DNA of 64,000 nucleotides. Origin: Anthoceros angustus. Its lineage: Eukaryota; Plantae; Anthocerotophyta. The stretch is taken from positions 1,364,001 to 1,428,000 of the forward strand of contig MU008159.1 of assembly GCA_010909165.1 (NCBI GenBank). The letters run 5' to 3'. Both the position numbers and the translations under genes were made by a program. Below, piece by piece: positions 24,800 through 38,105 of the stretch. The first letter of the stretch is position 1; every line of letters starts with the position of its first letter. The notes under the pieces are model-generated. The model ran no database searches and was not told the origin of the DNA. It saw nothing but the letters and a program-made list of their open reading frames with translations.

Positions 24800-24945
24800 T
24801 CCAGTCATCATGCATGCATATGGAATGTATGCATGTGCGTGTGTGAGGTATGTGGATGTATGTGCAGATATGTGACATGTGTGTGTGTGTTGATGATGTG
24901 ATGCCTATACCATGGCATGCATGTGTGATGTGTATGTATATATGG
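24800..24945. repeat. Low-complexity (TG/ATG-rich) microsatellite-like tract
   Basis: tgcatgcatatggaatgtatgcatgtgcgtgtgtg...gtgtgtgtgt...gtgtatgtatata. Confidence 0.7.
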
Positions 24946-26639
24946 GGGGTCAAGTCATGTGGACCAAGCATAAATGACAAGTGCAATTAAGGCGAAACGG
25001 CAGCCACTCCCATGACTCACGGGTAAAAGCATGTGACTCCTCGAAATTTATGCAAGCAGTTAAGAAGTGACGGCAGTGGGCGAGTAGTGGACTACAAAGG
25101 CAAGGCAATCTGTGGGATGCCAATTGTCTCATGAGGAACAGCCATCACTACTACATTTTGCCCCTCAAAACAACGCTCCAAAACAACGGTTGGAAAAGGC
25201 GTTGTTTCTTAGGTTCGGAGCCATACCTCGTTTGGTGTGGATTTAGGTGCGACTAGGTCCGGGTAATTCTTAATGAGTGATTTTAGTTCTTAACAAATAA
25301 TTTTAATTCTTAATGATTAATTTTATATTTAATCAATATAGTGTATAATTAATCAGATATTTAGTAAACAATGGAATACACTTAACGCGGCTTCATCCGC
25401 ATCCAACGGGCCCCGTCCCGTTCCAACTTGTCGAACTTAGCAGCCGTCCGAATCCAACGGGCCCCGTCCCCACATCATGAGCACATCCTGTCTCGTTTGG
25501 AGCTGAGAAGCGCATCCGTCCCATTCGACCTAAGGAGCCTTTCCTGTCCCAACGGCTCCGTCCGATCTTAACGCCTGCAGCCCTAACGGTAACAGCTCCG
25601 TCAAGTTCTGTCATAAGGAGCCTGTCCTGTCCCAACGGCCCGTCCGATCTGGTCAGCCTGCCTGACTAACGGATTGGCTCGTCAAGTCGCATCCCCGTTT
25701 GGACCTGACGGGTCTCGCATATCCGAGTGTGGTGAGGACATTTAAAATGGGTTACAGCGGGTAGAAGGTTTAAACACAGAACCACCCGGTCCTACGTACG
25801 TAGGCTAGCCACTAGAACAATGATTATTGCTTGATCAGTAAATGTACTTTTAGATATTGATCACTTTGAAAAACACCCCTTCCCCGCCCCCCGCTACCAC
25901 GCCGATCACAGACAACTTCCACCAAGCATCCTGTATTTCGAGGATCCTTTCTTCGCAAACTTGTCTACACTGGGAGTTCGTGCTTGCGGCAAGCACCTGA
26001 CCTAAGCTCGGATCTACCCGCTTGAGCGGATTCTGAGGGCAGCCAATTCAGAATGTGCTGGAGGATGTGCTTGCGAAATCGAGTCAACACTGTGGACCGG
26101 AGAAGGAGAAGCGGCGGAGATTAGGTGCCCTTGTGCTCGAATTGCCTTCCGCCGTGGCTCATGGATGGAAGGCTCAGACACGCCGGTGTCGGTGCATTGA
26201 TGCTCACACAGACGCACGCGTAGCAAGGCCCGAATTGGCTACCGCGGGGCCGCAAAGGTCTCGCCGAGAGTGCCTGCTGATCCGTCCATGGTTGCAAGGA
26301 AGCCGATGAATTCGGGAGAGCAGGATGATGAGGTTGCAGCAGATCAATTGTTTATTGTCGCCAAGTACAGTTTGAGTTAGTCAGTGACGAATTCTCACCA
26401 AGGTCAAGAAAATGAGAGAGATATAAATGCTCTACCAAGCAGAATCGCTTGGTAGAGCATTTGACTCAAGGTGGATGTGCCGATGGTATCAAGCCATTGG
26501 AACACCCACAAGCCTTAATCACTTCAACGTGGTGCGAAGCTTGATGGAGGCATTTTCCCTTTGGGCTTTACATCAAAGGTGACTTCCATCAATGCCAAAG
26601 CCGGCTCAAATGTCCTAAGATGCGAAGGAAGGTATACAG

Positions 26640-27640
26640 CTATCGTTCCTGCTATGGTGCCAATGGAAGTGAATGAAGAATTCCTCTGCTATAGCAAAGC
26701 TTGGAAGTCCATCTAATTCTCATTTTGCTATCAGTGAACGAGCTTTATTAAACAACTTAATGATCAAGTTGCACCGGCTAGATGCGGATATCTTGGTGGG
26801 GCACAACATTTCTGGATTTGACCTTGATGTACTCCTTCACCGGCTTCGTAGGAGTTTTTCCGCTCGCACCACCGTTGGCCTCGTATGGTTCAATATGGTT
26901 TCCGCCGATCACCGCCCATCCTCGTGTCTCATGATTTTCATGGACTCTTTGTTTCAAATCTAACAGCTTGTAAAGTTCCCAGAAGATGTGGTCAAAAATT
27001 GGCGGTTGAAACGCCTCGTGATGCCCAAACTCAATGGAGGTGGGAATACCTTGCGTGAGTCGTCCAGAGTTATGGCGTGCATTGCTGGTCGGTGTTATGT
27101 GACACTTACTTAGCTGCTCGTGACCTTGTTAAAGAGGTAGGAACTGGCTGTTTCTAACACTGCTTAGCGCCAACAATGTGGGGACTGAATTTTCTTCACC
27201 CTGTTCGATGTAGGTAAGCTATTCACTAACGCAGCTCTCCAAGAGCCAGCTAGGTTGGGAGAGGAAGGAACTTATACCTTCTGAAATTCCATCCATGTAT
27301 AAGACATCGGCGTTCTTATTTGAACTGGTGGGCAAAACTGTGTGGTGGGCAGCCATGTTGCTTCTTCTATCAAGATCACTTATTGATCTCTGCTTGCCAA
27401 AGAGTTTAGCCCTCTGATTGATTTCAACTAGAAATTACATACTCACAATCCTCGTGTGACAGGGAACAAGGGCATAGAAAGTTGAGTATTTGCTGCTCCA
27501 TGAGTTTCACAGCCGCAAGTTCATTGTCCTGACAAACTTACTCTTCGCGAGAAAGAGTGAATTGCCGCTGCCGAAAGAAGTTGTCAAGCCCGGAAGTCGA
27601 GGATGAGAAGAACTGGTCTTTGAGATGAAATGTCCGTGAA
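26640..27640 (+). pseudogene. POLA1: Captured fragment of the DNA polymerase alpha catalytic subunit gene, with introns retained
   Basis: [37 protein letters not shown], then WSKIGRLKR.VMPKL, MACIAGR.LCDTYLAARDL.KE, VSYSLTQLSKSQL, VEYLLLHEFH.RKFIV, separated by gt...ag introns. Frameshifted; no gene start or end. Confidence 0.88.
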
Positions 27641-27989
27641 GAGACGCTTGTTGGGCCACCGAAAGTTTACAAGTTGCAATGTCTATGTCGGCGCCTCCTA
27701 GTCCGACGAACTTCAGATTTGCTTCAATATTGCGCCCAAAGAAAGACACAGCCCAAAGACCACCGATCGAGACGACGCTACCGGTGTCATCCGTGCACTG
27801 GATGATGACGACCGTTAGCGATTTCTAACCCTCACTATAGTCTGGCTAGAGTGCGAATTTTTCACGCATGGTTCCGGAGACTAACCTCGCTCTCGGCGCA
27901 TGTATCGAACTTGTGAACCTCTCCAATCGATCGCCCATGCGGCTGACTTCGGTGTCGACAAAGATCATCGCTGGGCTCGCCTCACAACG

Positions 27990-29900
27990 TCCGGGAGCGC
28001 AGAGCCCTCGCCTCCTCACCGTGAGTCTCCATTCCTGCCGGCACTGTTGGCACCATGGTGGTGTGGACACGGAAGCCTGCAAGGCTTGCAAATCGTGCAT
28101 GAGTTCCCTCTGCGCCATTTCAGATCTTACACCCCGCACACCTCATACCTTCCTGCCGGTAAAACTCGCTAGGTGAAACAACAGTGAGGACTTCATCACG
28201 CTACTATGAAGGATGGATGATGGTTTGCAACGGAAGCCTTCCAACGGTCGGGCAACTTTCAATGACCTTTGCTTGGATGGCCTCTCCTCCATTAGCCTTT
28301 GTCAAAGCAATATCCTGTGGCCACAAGGAGCCTGGGGTCCTTCTTTCGTACTCACGGGCCCGAAACCGCAGCTTGGTTTCTGAACATGGAGTACCAAGAT
28401 ATGAAATCAATCCATACTATCGGCTTTTGGCCACCACAGAAGATGATAGCTGATGAAAAGCATATTGAGGAGGATGGTCGCATGTTCCCGCTAGCAACAG
28501 CCCACCATATAGTGGATTGCCCTCGGAGGCTCAACGGCTTGAGGTACTTGGCCGAGAGGCCTGTTGTGCTATTTCGCCTCGCCTCACGGGAGCGCAGAGC
28601 CCTCGTCTCCTCACCGTGAGTCTCCATTCCGCCCACGTTGGCACCATGGTGGTGTGGACACGGAAGCCTGCAAGGCTTGCAAATCGTGCATGGTTCCCTC
28701 TGCGCCATTTCTCAGATCTTACACCCCGCACACCTCATACCTTCCTGGTAAAACTCGCTAGGTGAAACAACAGTGAGGACTTCATCACGTGCTACTATGA
28801 AGGATGGATGATGGTTTGCAACGGAAGCCTTCCAACTTCGGGCAACTTTCAATGACCTTTGCTTGGATGGCCTCCTCCATTAGCCTTTGTCAAAGCAATA
28901 TCCTGTGGCCACAAGGAGCTCGGGGGTCCTTCTTTCGTACTCACGGGCCTGTGGAAACCGCAGCTTGGTTTCTGAACATGGAGTACCATCAAGATATGAA
29001 ATCAATCCATACTATCGGCTTCGCTTTTGGCCACCCGAAGATGATAGTGGTGGCGGAAAAGCATATTGAGGAGGATGGTCGCATGTTCCCGCTAGCAACA
29101 GCCCACCATAGTGGATTGCCCTCCGACGGAGGCTCAACGGCTTGGAGGTACTTGCCGAGAGCGATCTTCCCTGTTGTGCTATTTCAGCTCTCGGTTCGCA
29201 TGACATGTCCTTGGTCTCGCCGACAAGTCATCTCCGTCTTCCCAAAGATGCTTGCAAACAAGCACATCTCAGAATCGGACATAAGGACATGGAACTTGTA
29301 ATCACGTAGGGTCGGTCCACTGTAACGCACTGGGACTTAGTGGCCCAATTGTGCTCCGCCTCTCGGCTGGGCTGCCCATCGCCTTTGTCATCGGCTATGA
29401 AGGTACTTTTGGTGCAGTTTGTATCCAAGTGTGAGGATCGGCTTGTAGGTCCGACGACGCCCACTTGGTAGGTAGGTATCCCGTGGGTTGATTTCATTCC
29501 TCACCTAAACTCGAGAGTGCCTTGACAGCCTTCTTAAAGCACAAAGAGTCATTCATGGTACGCCCACAATCGCCTCCTCACCGCCGCAGATAGAAGATCG
29601 TTACCTCCACTTGGTGATCTTTTGCTCGCAGGTTTTGAGTAGAGTGTGGCTACCATCTTCATACACACCATGCTAGGTCATGTTCTTTACAGAGGCATCT
29701 TAGTTCATTGCCAATCAAGATGCTTTGATTGAAGCGCACCGCCTTTCACATCGCGTTGGATCATCACAATATTGGTGCTTCCTAGCCCTTGTATGAGACC
29801 TACCATGGCGCCTACATAAACATCCGTGTCGACCAACAATGTGGATGCCGCAGAGTGGAAGTGTGATTTTAGCAAGCTTCGCCAACAAATTTGCAACTCA
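27990..29900 (+). mobile_element. Probable degenerate CACTA transposase remnant, with a ~580 bp internal tandem duplication (about 27990-28560 and 28570-29150)
   Basis: The duplicated block is seen directly. Faint En/Spm-like motifs (LSMTF.LDG...NILWP; WDLVAQ...C; LAGF...HTM) appear only across frameshifts, so the transposase call is inference. Confidence 0.4.
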
Positions 29901-30199
29901 AAGACACTCGGTTGGTTCTTGTTCCAAAGGCATGATCACCCCTGAAGTGCTAAGGGGATATCTTCAGAAGGCTCCTTCTACAAGTACAGAGTTCATGGTA
30001 GGAGGGAGAGGTCAGCTTGCCTGATTGGTGTTTTCCCTTCCAAATGAGTTGCAGCTTCTGTCCTGACTGACTTCCAGGTCTAAACTGTGGTAAAGAAGCA
30101 CCAAGTCCCTACATACCTCCATGGAATTTCGAATTGAGTGACCTTTAAGCTCAAGTGGCAGCATTCTGACAAGGAAGTCGACTTCAGTTGTTTCTTTTA

Positions 30200-30427
30200 T
30201 TTGGCCTGAGGTGTTGAGGCGAGATTATTATACTATCACTTCTCGCCCTGTGGATATATTCATACTATTGAGGAGCGGTTTGATCACTTTGGATATGGCG
30301 TAGTCCTTGATGATTTGGCCTGAGGTGTTGAGGCGAGATTATTATACTATCACTTCTCGCCCTGTGGATATATTGATACTATTGAGGAGCGGTTTGATCT
30401 CTTTGGATATGGCGGAGTCCTTGATGA
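30200..30427. repeat. 114 bp x2 tandem repeat inside the CACTA element
   Basis: tttggcctgaggtgttgaggcgagattattatactatcacttctcgccctgtgg...ccttgatga occurs twice. Confidence 0.92.
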
Positions 30428-31533
30428 CTTGGCTGTAGATAAACTGGTGGAATTGACCCTGGAGCATCCCTGTTATCATCCCATTTTTTTAGTAAAGTAT
30501 TTTTATCGAGTAATTATTGTTTTATTACCCAAATGGGGAATAATAGAAACGGGGAATGGGAACGGTAAATACGAACGGCGGACGGGAACGGTGAACGGGA
30601 ACGGTGGACGAGAATGACGGACGGGAACGGCGGACGGGAACGCTGGACGAGAATGACGGACGGAACGGTGGACGGGACGCCCAACAATAACGTGAACGGA
30701 AGAAAGAACGGAACGGGTTAGGGGTATGGGTTAAACATGAGTTAGTAAAACAACGGTTCCTAATACAAAACGAAAACAACGGCGTTTCGTTGTTTTCAGC
30801 TAGGTTCGGGTGGCCGTTGTTTTTCCAACTTTTCCGTTGTTTTTTACAAACATGCGTTGTTTTCACACGTTGTTTTGGATCCTCAAATGTAGTAGTGCAT
30901 ACACATCCCATTCTCTTGTTGTGTGAGCTCTCAAGAGTGGTGTGTCAACACAGTTGCCCATGCAAGAGGCAAGCTGATTTTGCACGTCAACAATTCCTCT
31001 GCTGACGAGAGCTTGACAAGGACAGCTACGTGCGTCAAAGGGCTCAAGAGAGCAGTTCATGATTTTTTCAGAAAGCTGTGAGAAGAGCTCAAGATCGTTG
31101 ACGAAGGAGGGGTGACATACTTCAGATAAGTCGATGATGGATTTCAGTGAGAGTGCTGTAAATTATTCCCTGCTATTTTATGCAGGTCGTTCCATTCTTG
31201 AGTTAGCCACTTTGGCAGAGCTGGAACCAGCCTACTTGTGGAAGAGGCTTTGGATTGAAGTGATTGATAAGTTGGCCTGGCTAGCAGACTGGACTGAGGA
31301 AAGAACCAACACTAATTTTGATGGAATGTTGCACATAGTTTCTCGCAGAGGAAGAGATTGAAGAATGACGGTGTTTTTGCGCTTTGGTTGGACAAACTAA
31401 AGCACTCTAGTCCACGAAGTTCGTAGTCCTGCTGCTTAGTTTCCCTCGGTTTGTAGGATAGGCAGGTCAGTTTGAGTGGAATCAAAGTCCTATACGGTCT
31501 ATAGATTTCGAGGAGAGTGGTGTTGGCACTAGG

Positions 31534-34125
31534 ATGGAGTATGAACCAGCTCCTAGCAAGAATGATGTGTTTACTGGTAGGCATGGTAGCATATCTCTGG
31601 CTGATTTTAAAGAGAATTTCAGGTGGGCAAGTGACGAGATGGTGCTCAAGTACAAGTTCGAATTCACGCCGGAGATGTCATTGAGAAACATAAGCACGTT
31701 CTTAGCTAGTGAGGCTTTGACCTGTTACCATGATTGCAAGGAGCAGATCTTGCACGATGCTTATGCATTGTCACGGGCGAAGCGGGCGAGGAAGGCACTC
31801 AAGATTGATGAAGAAGAAGCTGGTTCGTCGGATTTAGCGCAATCTGAAGTCATTACATACCCGGTAGATGAGATGTTCATCAAGTTTGGTGAGATGTTTC
31901 CTGTGACGTCAATAGAAAAGATTCAAGAGCTGTCAAAATTTGTGATCAAGCCTAATGAGCCTTTGAGGTTTGCGTACTTGAGACTGAGACAGCTAGTAAA
32001 GGACACCAAGGTGAAGACGATGAGAGAAGCAGCCCAAATTTACATTGCAACTCTGCCAGGGAGGCAAAGGAGGATGATTGCCGCACTACTACAAAAGATG
32101 AAGCCCAAAGACGCTATGTAAAACGCGAGTAAGTTGGCCAGGGTTGGCAAGAGATGCGGGCCCTCACTTGCAAAATCGTCCTATTGTTTGTCTCTTGCAC
32201 ACCGTTGTGGGGAAGGCCAAAGACGCGAGGCCGGTTTCCGGGGTGAGCCGGTCCCACGGTTGCCGGTTTCGCGCGGAGGGCCGGAGTTAAGCCCGATTGC
32301 GCCCCCACAGTCCACTTTCGGCCGTCCATGCCATCCACGCCGCCCGCGCACTTTTTCCCCTATACCTTCTTCCTGGATGACAGTGTTAGAGTTGGAGCTG
32401 TATCCTCTCACACCACCGGTGTGAGCGGATACAGCCGCTGCCACTAGGCCGTGGCATCTAACGCGGGCAAATCAAATATGCCCTTCATGCCGGTGCTATG
32501 ACCTCGTGCCGTTAAGGTCCAGTAAAGCCACTTAACCATAATTCACCGTACGTATTACAAACGTAATTAACCGTAATATCCGAGATGGAATTTACCGTAT
32601 TCCCCGATAGCATAACATCCAAGACAGAATTAGCATTATTGAGCTATACTTGAACATACTTGATTCCCGGGGAAATTTGGGCAGGACGGGGTAGAGAGAC
32701 GATACTTACAACCCGCGGAAACGGGAGCGGTAATCAGGGGGATGCACGAGGGCTTGGGTGGGGAACACTATGCAGTTCAAGTCACCACCAAAAAGATTTT
32801 GGAAGCAGGGTACTGGTGGCCCAGCATGTATGGGAAGACACACTAGTTCAGAAGAAGTGTGATGCTTAGCCGGTAGATGAGATGTTCATCAAGTTTGGTG
32901 AGATGTTTCTGTGATTCAATAGAAAAGATTCAAGAGTCAAAATTTGTGATCAAGCCTAATGAGCCTTTGAGGTTTGCATTTGAGACCGAGATTTAGTAAA
33001 GGACACCAAGGTGAAGACGATGAGAGAAGCAGCCCAAATTTACATTGCAACTCGCCAGGGAGGCAAAGGAGGATGATTGCCGCACTACTACAAAAGATGA
33101 AGCCCAAAGACGCTATGTAAAACGCGAGTAAGTTGGCCAGGGTTGGCAAGAGATGCGGCCCTCACTTGCAAAATCGCCCTATTGTTTGTCTCTTGCACAC
33201 CGTGGGAAGGCCAAAGACGCGAGGTTGGCTTCCGGGTGAGCCGGTCCCATTGCCGGTTTGTGGAGGGTCGGAGTTAAGCCGATTGCGCCCCCAGTCCACT
33301 TTCTACCGTCCATGCCATCCACGCCGCGCGCACTTTTCCCCTATACCTTCTTCCGGATGACAAGAGAGTTGAGATCCTCTCACACCACCGTGTGAGCGGA
33401 TCTGACCACGCCACTAGGCCGTGGCATCTAACGCGGCAAATCAAATATGCCCTTCATGCCGTATGACCTCGCCGTTAAGGTCCAAGAAAGCCACTTAACC
33501 ATAATTCACCGCACGACATTACAAACGAATTAACCGTAATATCCGAGATGGAATTTACCGTATTCCCGATAGCATAACATCCAAGGCAATTAGCATTATT
33601 GAGCTATACTTGAACATACTTGATTCCCGGGGAAATTTGGGCAGACGGCAGAGAGACGATTTACAACCCAGGAAACGGAGCGGTAATCAGGGGGATGCAC
33701 GAGGGCTTGGGTGGGGAACACTATGCAGTTCAAGTCACCACCAAAAAGATTTTGGAAGCAGGGTACTGGTGGCCCAGCATGTATGGGAAGACACACTAGT
33801 TCGTAAAGAAGTGTGATGCTTGTCAGCAGATCGGGAAGCCAACTCCAACAACACAGTGGACGTTAGTGCCTATTTTGGCACTAGCACCTTTCGAAAAGTG
33901 GGGTATTGACTTCGTTGGACCCATACAGCCTACGACAAGACACAGACAGAAGAGATACATCCTAGTGGCAACGGATTACTGCACCAGGTGGGTAGAGGCA
34001 GTGGCGACTCGGACGGACCCCCCAAGTACCGTGGCTAAGTTCATATATGAAAGTATTATAACCAAGTACGGGTGTCCGTTGCAATTGGTAAGTGATAGGG
34101 GAACCCATTTCCTTAATGATCTGGT
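31534..34125 (+). mobile_element. Ty3/Gypsy LTR-retrotransposon remnant: gag-like ORF (31534-32121), degenerate zinc knuckle and integrase; ~1 kb internal tandem duplication (31861-32869 / 32870-33823)
   Basis: Integrase H2C2 and rve motifs: MHEGLGGGHYAVQVTTKKILEAGYWWPSM...CDACQQIG, PFEKWGIDFVGPI, YILVATDYCTRWVEA, KYGCPLQLVSDRGTHF. No protease/RT/RNase H motifs were seen between gag and integrase. Confidence 0.85.
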
Positions 34126-37100
34126 GGCCTCCGACTCTCCTTCCTCCAATTCCTCCGTTTGCCGACACCGCCTCTTCAGCATCGGAGTTAAGGCGACTTC
34201 TTCCGCGATCACCGTAACTCGCCTTCTACCGTGCCGGGTAGTAGCAGCAGCCTTCTTCCTCAACTGATTTCTCCATGAAGCTCGTAAATCCCTTGCAGTG
34301 ACAGGTGGGGGCGACCTTCTGTGTGCGTCTCCTCGAGACCCTCCCCTACCAGACATCTGCAATCATCCTCATGTCCTCCAACCCACAGTTGTTAAGAAGG
34401 AAGCAAATCACACCCCTTTTATTGTCTCAACGGTCACCCCTATGACAACTTAGACGGCGCGAAATTCCTTCTTCACAACATATGGTCGACCCTCAGTCCC
34501 TTTGAAAAACACTCTGCAGCCTAGCGATGGAAACCACAAAGCTTCAAGCTTTCAACAACAAATCCCCGGCAACGGCGCCAAAAATGTGGTAGGGAAAGCC
34601 TCGGGGCTCCCGAGATCCTCCCACTCTAGCGGCCACACTTATCCCACTGTCGCTTCGTACGTTGGGTTTCGTCCCATGAGACTATCGCTGCCACCGCCCG
34701 TCCCTCGAAAGGTTGCCTCCCCTTGTCTCCAAGCTTGAATGCCTGCTAGCATGCCAGGTGCACCTGTGTTACCCGTTTGTTCACCATGCCCACTCTTCTG
34801 GCCTGCAAACTTCAGAACGTGTGCACACTTTGCCAACGTCACTTGCCGTTAACGCGAGTCTGCGAAAACCCACCTCATCCAACAGAAATAGCTCTTCATC
34901 TATTTCCTTCAATTCCTGCACGCAATGCTCCAACTCCGCATCCGACGGGGCTGGGAGGTTCCACGTCTCAAAGTCGTCAAAATCAAGTCTGGAAATGTCG
35001 CCCGCCTCTTACCTCTCGACCGCCTTCGATGAGGAGGCCGCTTCTCCACGCCGCCGATGTCGAATGGAGACGCCGGGTGCGGTGGATGAGCGAGATAACC
35101 CGAGGCCATTTGGCCCCTCATCCTCCCCACACGGTCCGCTTCGCGGCCGTCCGACCGTGGTGTTCGCAGCCTTCATCGTGACTCCCCTAGCAAGCTTCAC
35201 CTCGCCATACTCCCCGTCCTGTGAACCGGTTGTCCACCACCTTCGTGCCATGCTGAAGGCAATGGCTTCCCTCTCGGGTGAAAGGTTGTGGAAGACCACA
35301 TGTACACTAACCCTTCCCTGGACTGTTGGTTTGAATGTTTTTTTTTGTTTTTCTTATGTTTTGTGTGATGGAGTGCTTAGGAAATGTGCGAGGCAAGGCC
35401 TTTTATACTAAAAGTGGTCCTTGGCCCATGGCAATATTACTTTTACAAATAATTAGTCCTTGGGCCTCGAACCTGTGAATGTCAGGTCAGGCTAGAAGGT
35501 CCTTGGACCTTGGGATTTTTAGGAATAAAATTGTCTATATAAGGTGGGGGATCCTTCATTCACCAACAGGGCCTGTGAACAAGTGGAGACGCTGCACCTG
35601 GAGAAGTTCAAGAAGCTAGCGGAGAGGTATAAGCGGAGAGCGATGAGGCTAGGGCTGGTCAAGAGAGAGACAGGCAGTCAAGAAGGGCAGAGGCCACATG
35701 CGTGGTCAAAAAACCCACCGTCATGGCAGCCCACCACGGTGGTGGAGCCGCCCACCGTCGCGGAAGAAGGACCCGAGGTGGGGAAGCTACTGTCGAGTGT
35801 CAGAGGAGGGGATGCAACTCCTTGATTCCGTGAGCGAAGTGTGATGCTTAGCCGGTAGATCGGAAGCCAACTCCAACAACATGGACGCAGTGCCTATTTT
35901 GGCACTAGCACCTTCAAAAGTGGGGTATTGACTTTGGACCCATACATTACGACAAGACACACGGAAGAGATACATCCTAGTGGCAGCGGATTCTTGCACT
36001 GTGGGTAGAGGCGTGGCGACTGGACGGACCCCCAAGTACCGTGGCTAAGTTCATATATGAAAGTATTATAACCAATACGTGTCCGCTGTAATTGGTAAGA
36101 TAGGGGAACCCATTTCCTTAATGATCTGGTGGCCTCAGGCTCTCCTTCCTCCAATTCCTCCGTTTTACACTCCCTTCCATCGGAGTTAAGGCGACTTCTT
36201 CCGCGATCACCGTAACTCGCCTTCTACCGTGCCGGGTAGTAGCAGCAGCCTTCTTCCTCAATCGATTTCTCCATGAAGCTCGAACTTTGGCAGCGATGGG
36301 GCGACCTCGTGCGTCTCCTCGAGACCATCCCCTACGGACATCCGCAATCATCCTCATGTCCTCCAACCCCATGGTTGTTAAGAAGGAAGCAAATCACACC
36401 CCTTTTATTGTCTCAACGTCACCCCTATGACAACTTAGACGGCACCTTCTTCACAACATATGGTCGACCTCGGTCCCTTTGAAAACACTGCGATGGAAAC
36501 CAAAGCTTCAAGCTTTCAACAACAAATCCGCAACGCGCCAAAAATGTGGTAGGAAAGCCTCGGGCTCCCAGATCCTCCCACTCTAGCGGCCACACTTATC
36601 CCATCGCCGCTCAGACGCTGGGTTTAGTCCCATGAGACTATCGCCGCCACCGCCCCTCGAAGGTTGCCTCCTTGTCTCCAAGCTTGAATGCTCGCTAGCA
36701 TGCTGTGCACTGTGCTTGTTCACCATGCCCACTCTTCCGCCCGCAAACTTCGTAACGTGTGCACACTTTGCCAACGCTACTTGCCGCTAACGCGAGTCCG
36801 CGAAAACCACCTCATCCAAAAATAGCTCTTCATCTATTTCCTTCAATTCCTGTGACGAGCTCCAACTCCGCATCCGACGGGCCGGAGGTTCCACGTCTCA
36901 AAGTCGCCAAAATCAAGTCCGGGTTCACACCATGCCGCCGCCTACTTGGCCACCGCTCGGCGAGGAGGCCGCTTCCACGCCGCCGATGTCGAATGGAGAC
37001 GCCGGGTGCGTGGATGAGCGAGATAACCCGAGGCCATTTGGCCCCTCATCCTCCCACTCAGAGCACGTGCAGTTGGGTCCGACCGTGGTGTTCGCGCCTT

Positions 37101-37750
37101 CATACGTGACTCTAGCAAGCTTCACCTCGCCATACTCCCGCCCCGTGAACGGTTGTCCACCACCTTCGTGCCATCAAGGCAATGGCTTCCTCTCGGTGAA
37201 AGGTTGTGGAAGACCACATGTACACTAACCTTCCTCGGATCGTTGGTTTGAATGTTTTTTTGTTTTCTTATGTTTTGTGTGATGGAGTGCTTAGGAAATG
37301 TGCGGCAAGGCCTTTTATACTAAAAGTGGTCCTTGGCCCATGGCAATATTACTTTTACAAATAATTAGTCCTTGGGCCTCGAACCTGTGAATGTCGTCGC
37401 TAGAAGGTCCTTGGACCTTGGGATTTTTAGGAATAAAATTGTCTATATAAGGTGGGGGATCCTTCATTCACCAACAGGGCCTGTGAACAAGTGGAGACGC
37501 TGCACCTGGAGAAGTTCAAGAAGCTAGCGGAGAGGTATAAGCGGAGAGCGATGAGGCTAGGGCTGGTCAAGAGAGAGACAGGCAGTCAAGAAGGGCAGAG
37601 GCCACATGCGTGGTCAAAAAACCCACCGTCATGGCAGCCCACCACGGTGGTGGAGCCGCCCACCGTCGGAAGAAGGACCCGAGGTGGGGAAGCTACTGTC
37701 GAGTGTCAGAGGAGGATGCAACTCCTTGATTCCGTGAGCGAAGTGTGATT
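33810..37750. repeat. ~2 kb tandem duplication (about 33810-35845 and 35836-37750) spanning the integrase end and adjacent TE-derived sequence
   Basis: ORF 35544-35825 recurs as 37452-37748 and integrase text recurs at 35850-36122. The junction shares gaagtgtgat; the second copy has many short deletions. Confidence 0.9.
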
Positions 37751-38105
37751 GTCCACGGGAGCCGGGCATACCCTTCACAGGTTGTGCTCGAGGAAATGAG
37801 CAAGGCGGAGGCTAGAGCGTGGATAGAGAAACGCACTGTGTGGCTGTCCAGTGATGAGGAGCGAGGAAACGTGCGCGGGGACAGGAGACGGACGGCGCCT
37901 CCCGGGAGGAGTGAAGGGACCTCGGATAGCGGGAGTGAGGTGGAGATATTAAGGGAGGATCTTCCAAATCAGAGGCGTGGTAGGAGAGCGAGGGGAACAC
38001 CCAGGGGCCGCAGGACTAGGCAACAACAGCGAAGGCGGGCGCGCTGATTTTAGAGGGGAGTGGCATCATAGGTCAGGGCTTTCACTTGGATTAGAGGATA
38101 AGATG

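Larger units (their letters stand above)
25146..30897. mobile_element. CACTA (En/Spm) DNA transposon, 5752 bp, carrying captured host gene sequence (Pack-CACTA-like)
   Basis: TIRs CACTACTACATTT (25146) and AAATGTAGTAGTG (ending 30897). 3-bp target duplication CAT at 25143-25145 and 30898-30900. Subterminal aaaacaacg repeats on the left are inverted as cgttgtttt on the right, with further caacgg/gaacgg repeat clusters at ~25400-25650 and ~30545-30715. Confidence 0.93.

Noticed and set aside
24720-24986. His/Thr-rich ORF
   Set aside because: It is a translation of the TG-rich low-complexity tract.
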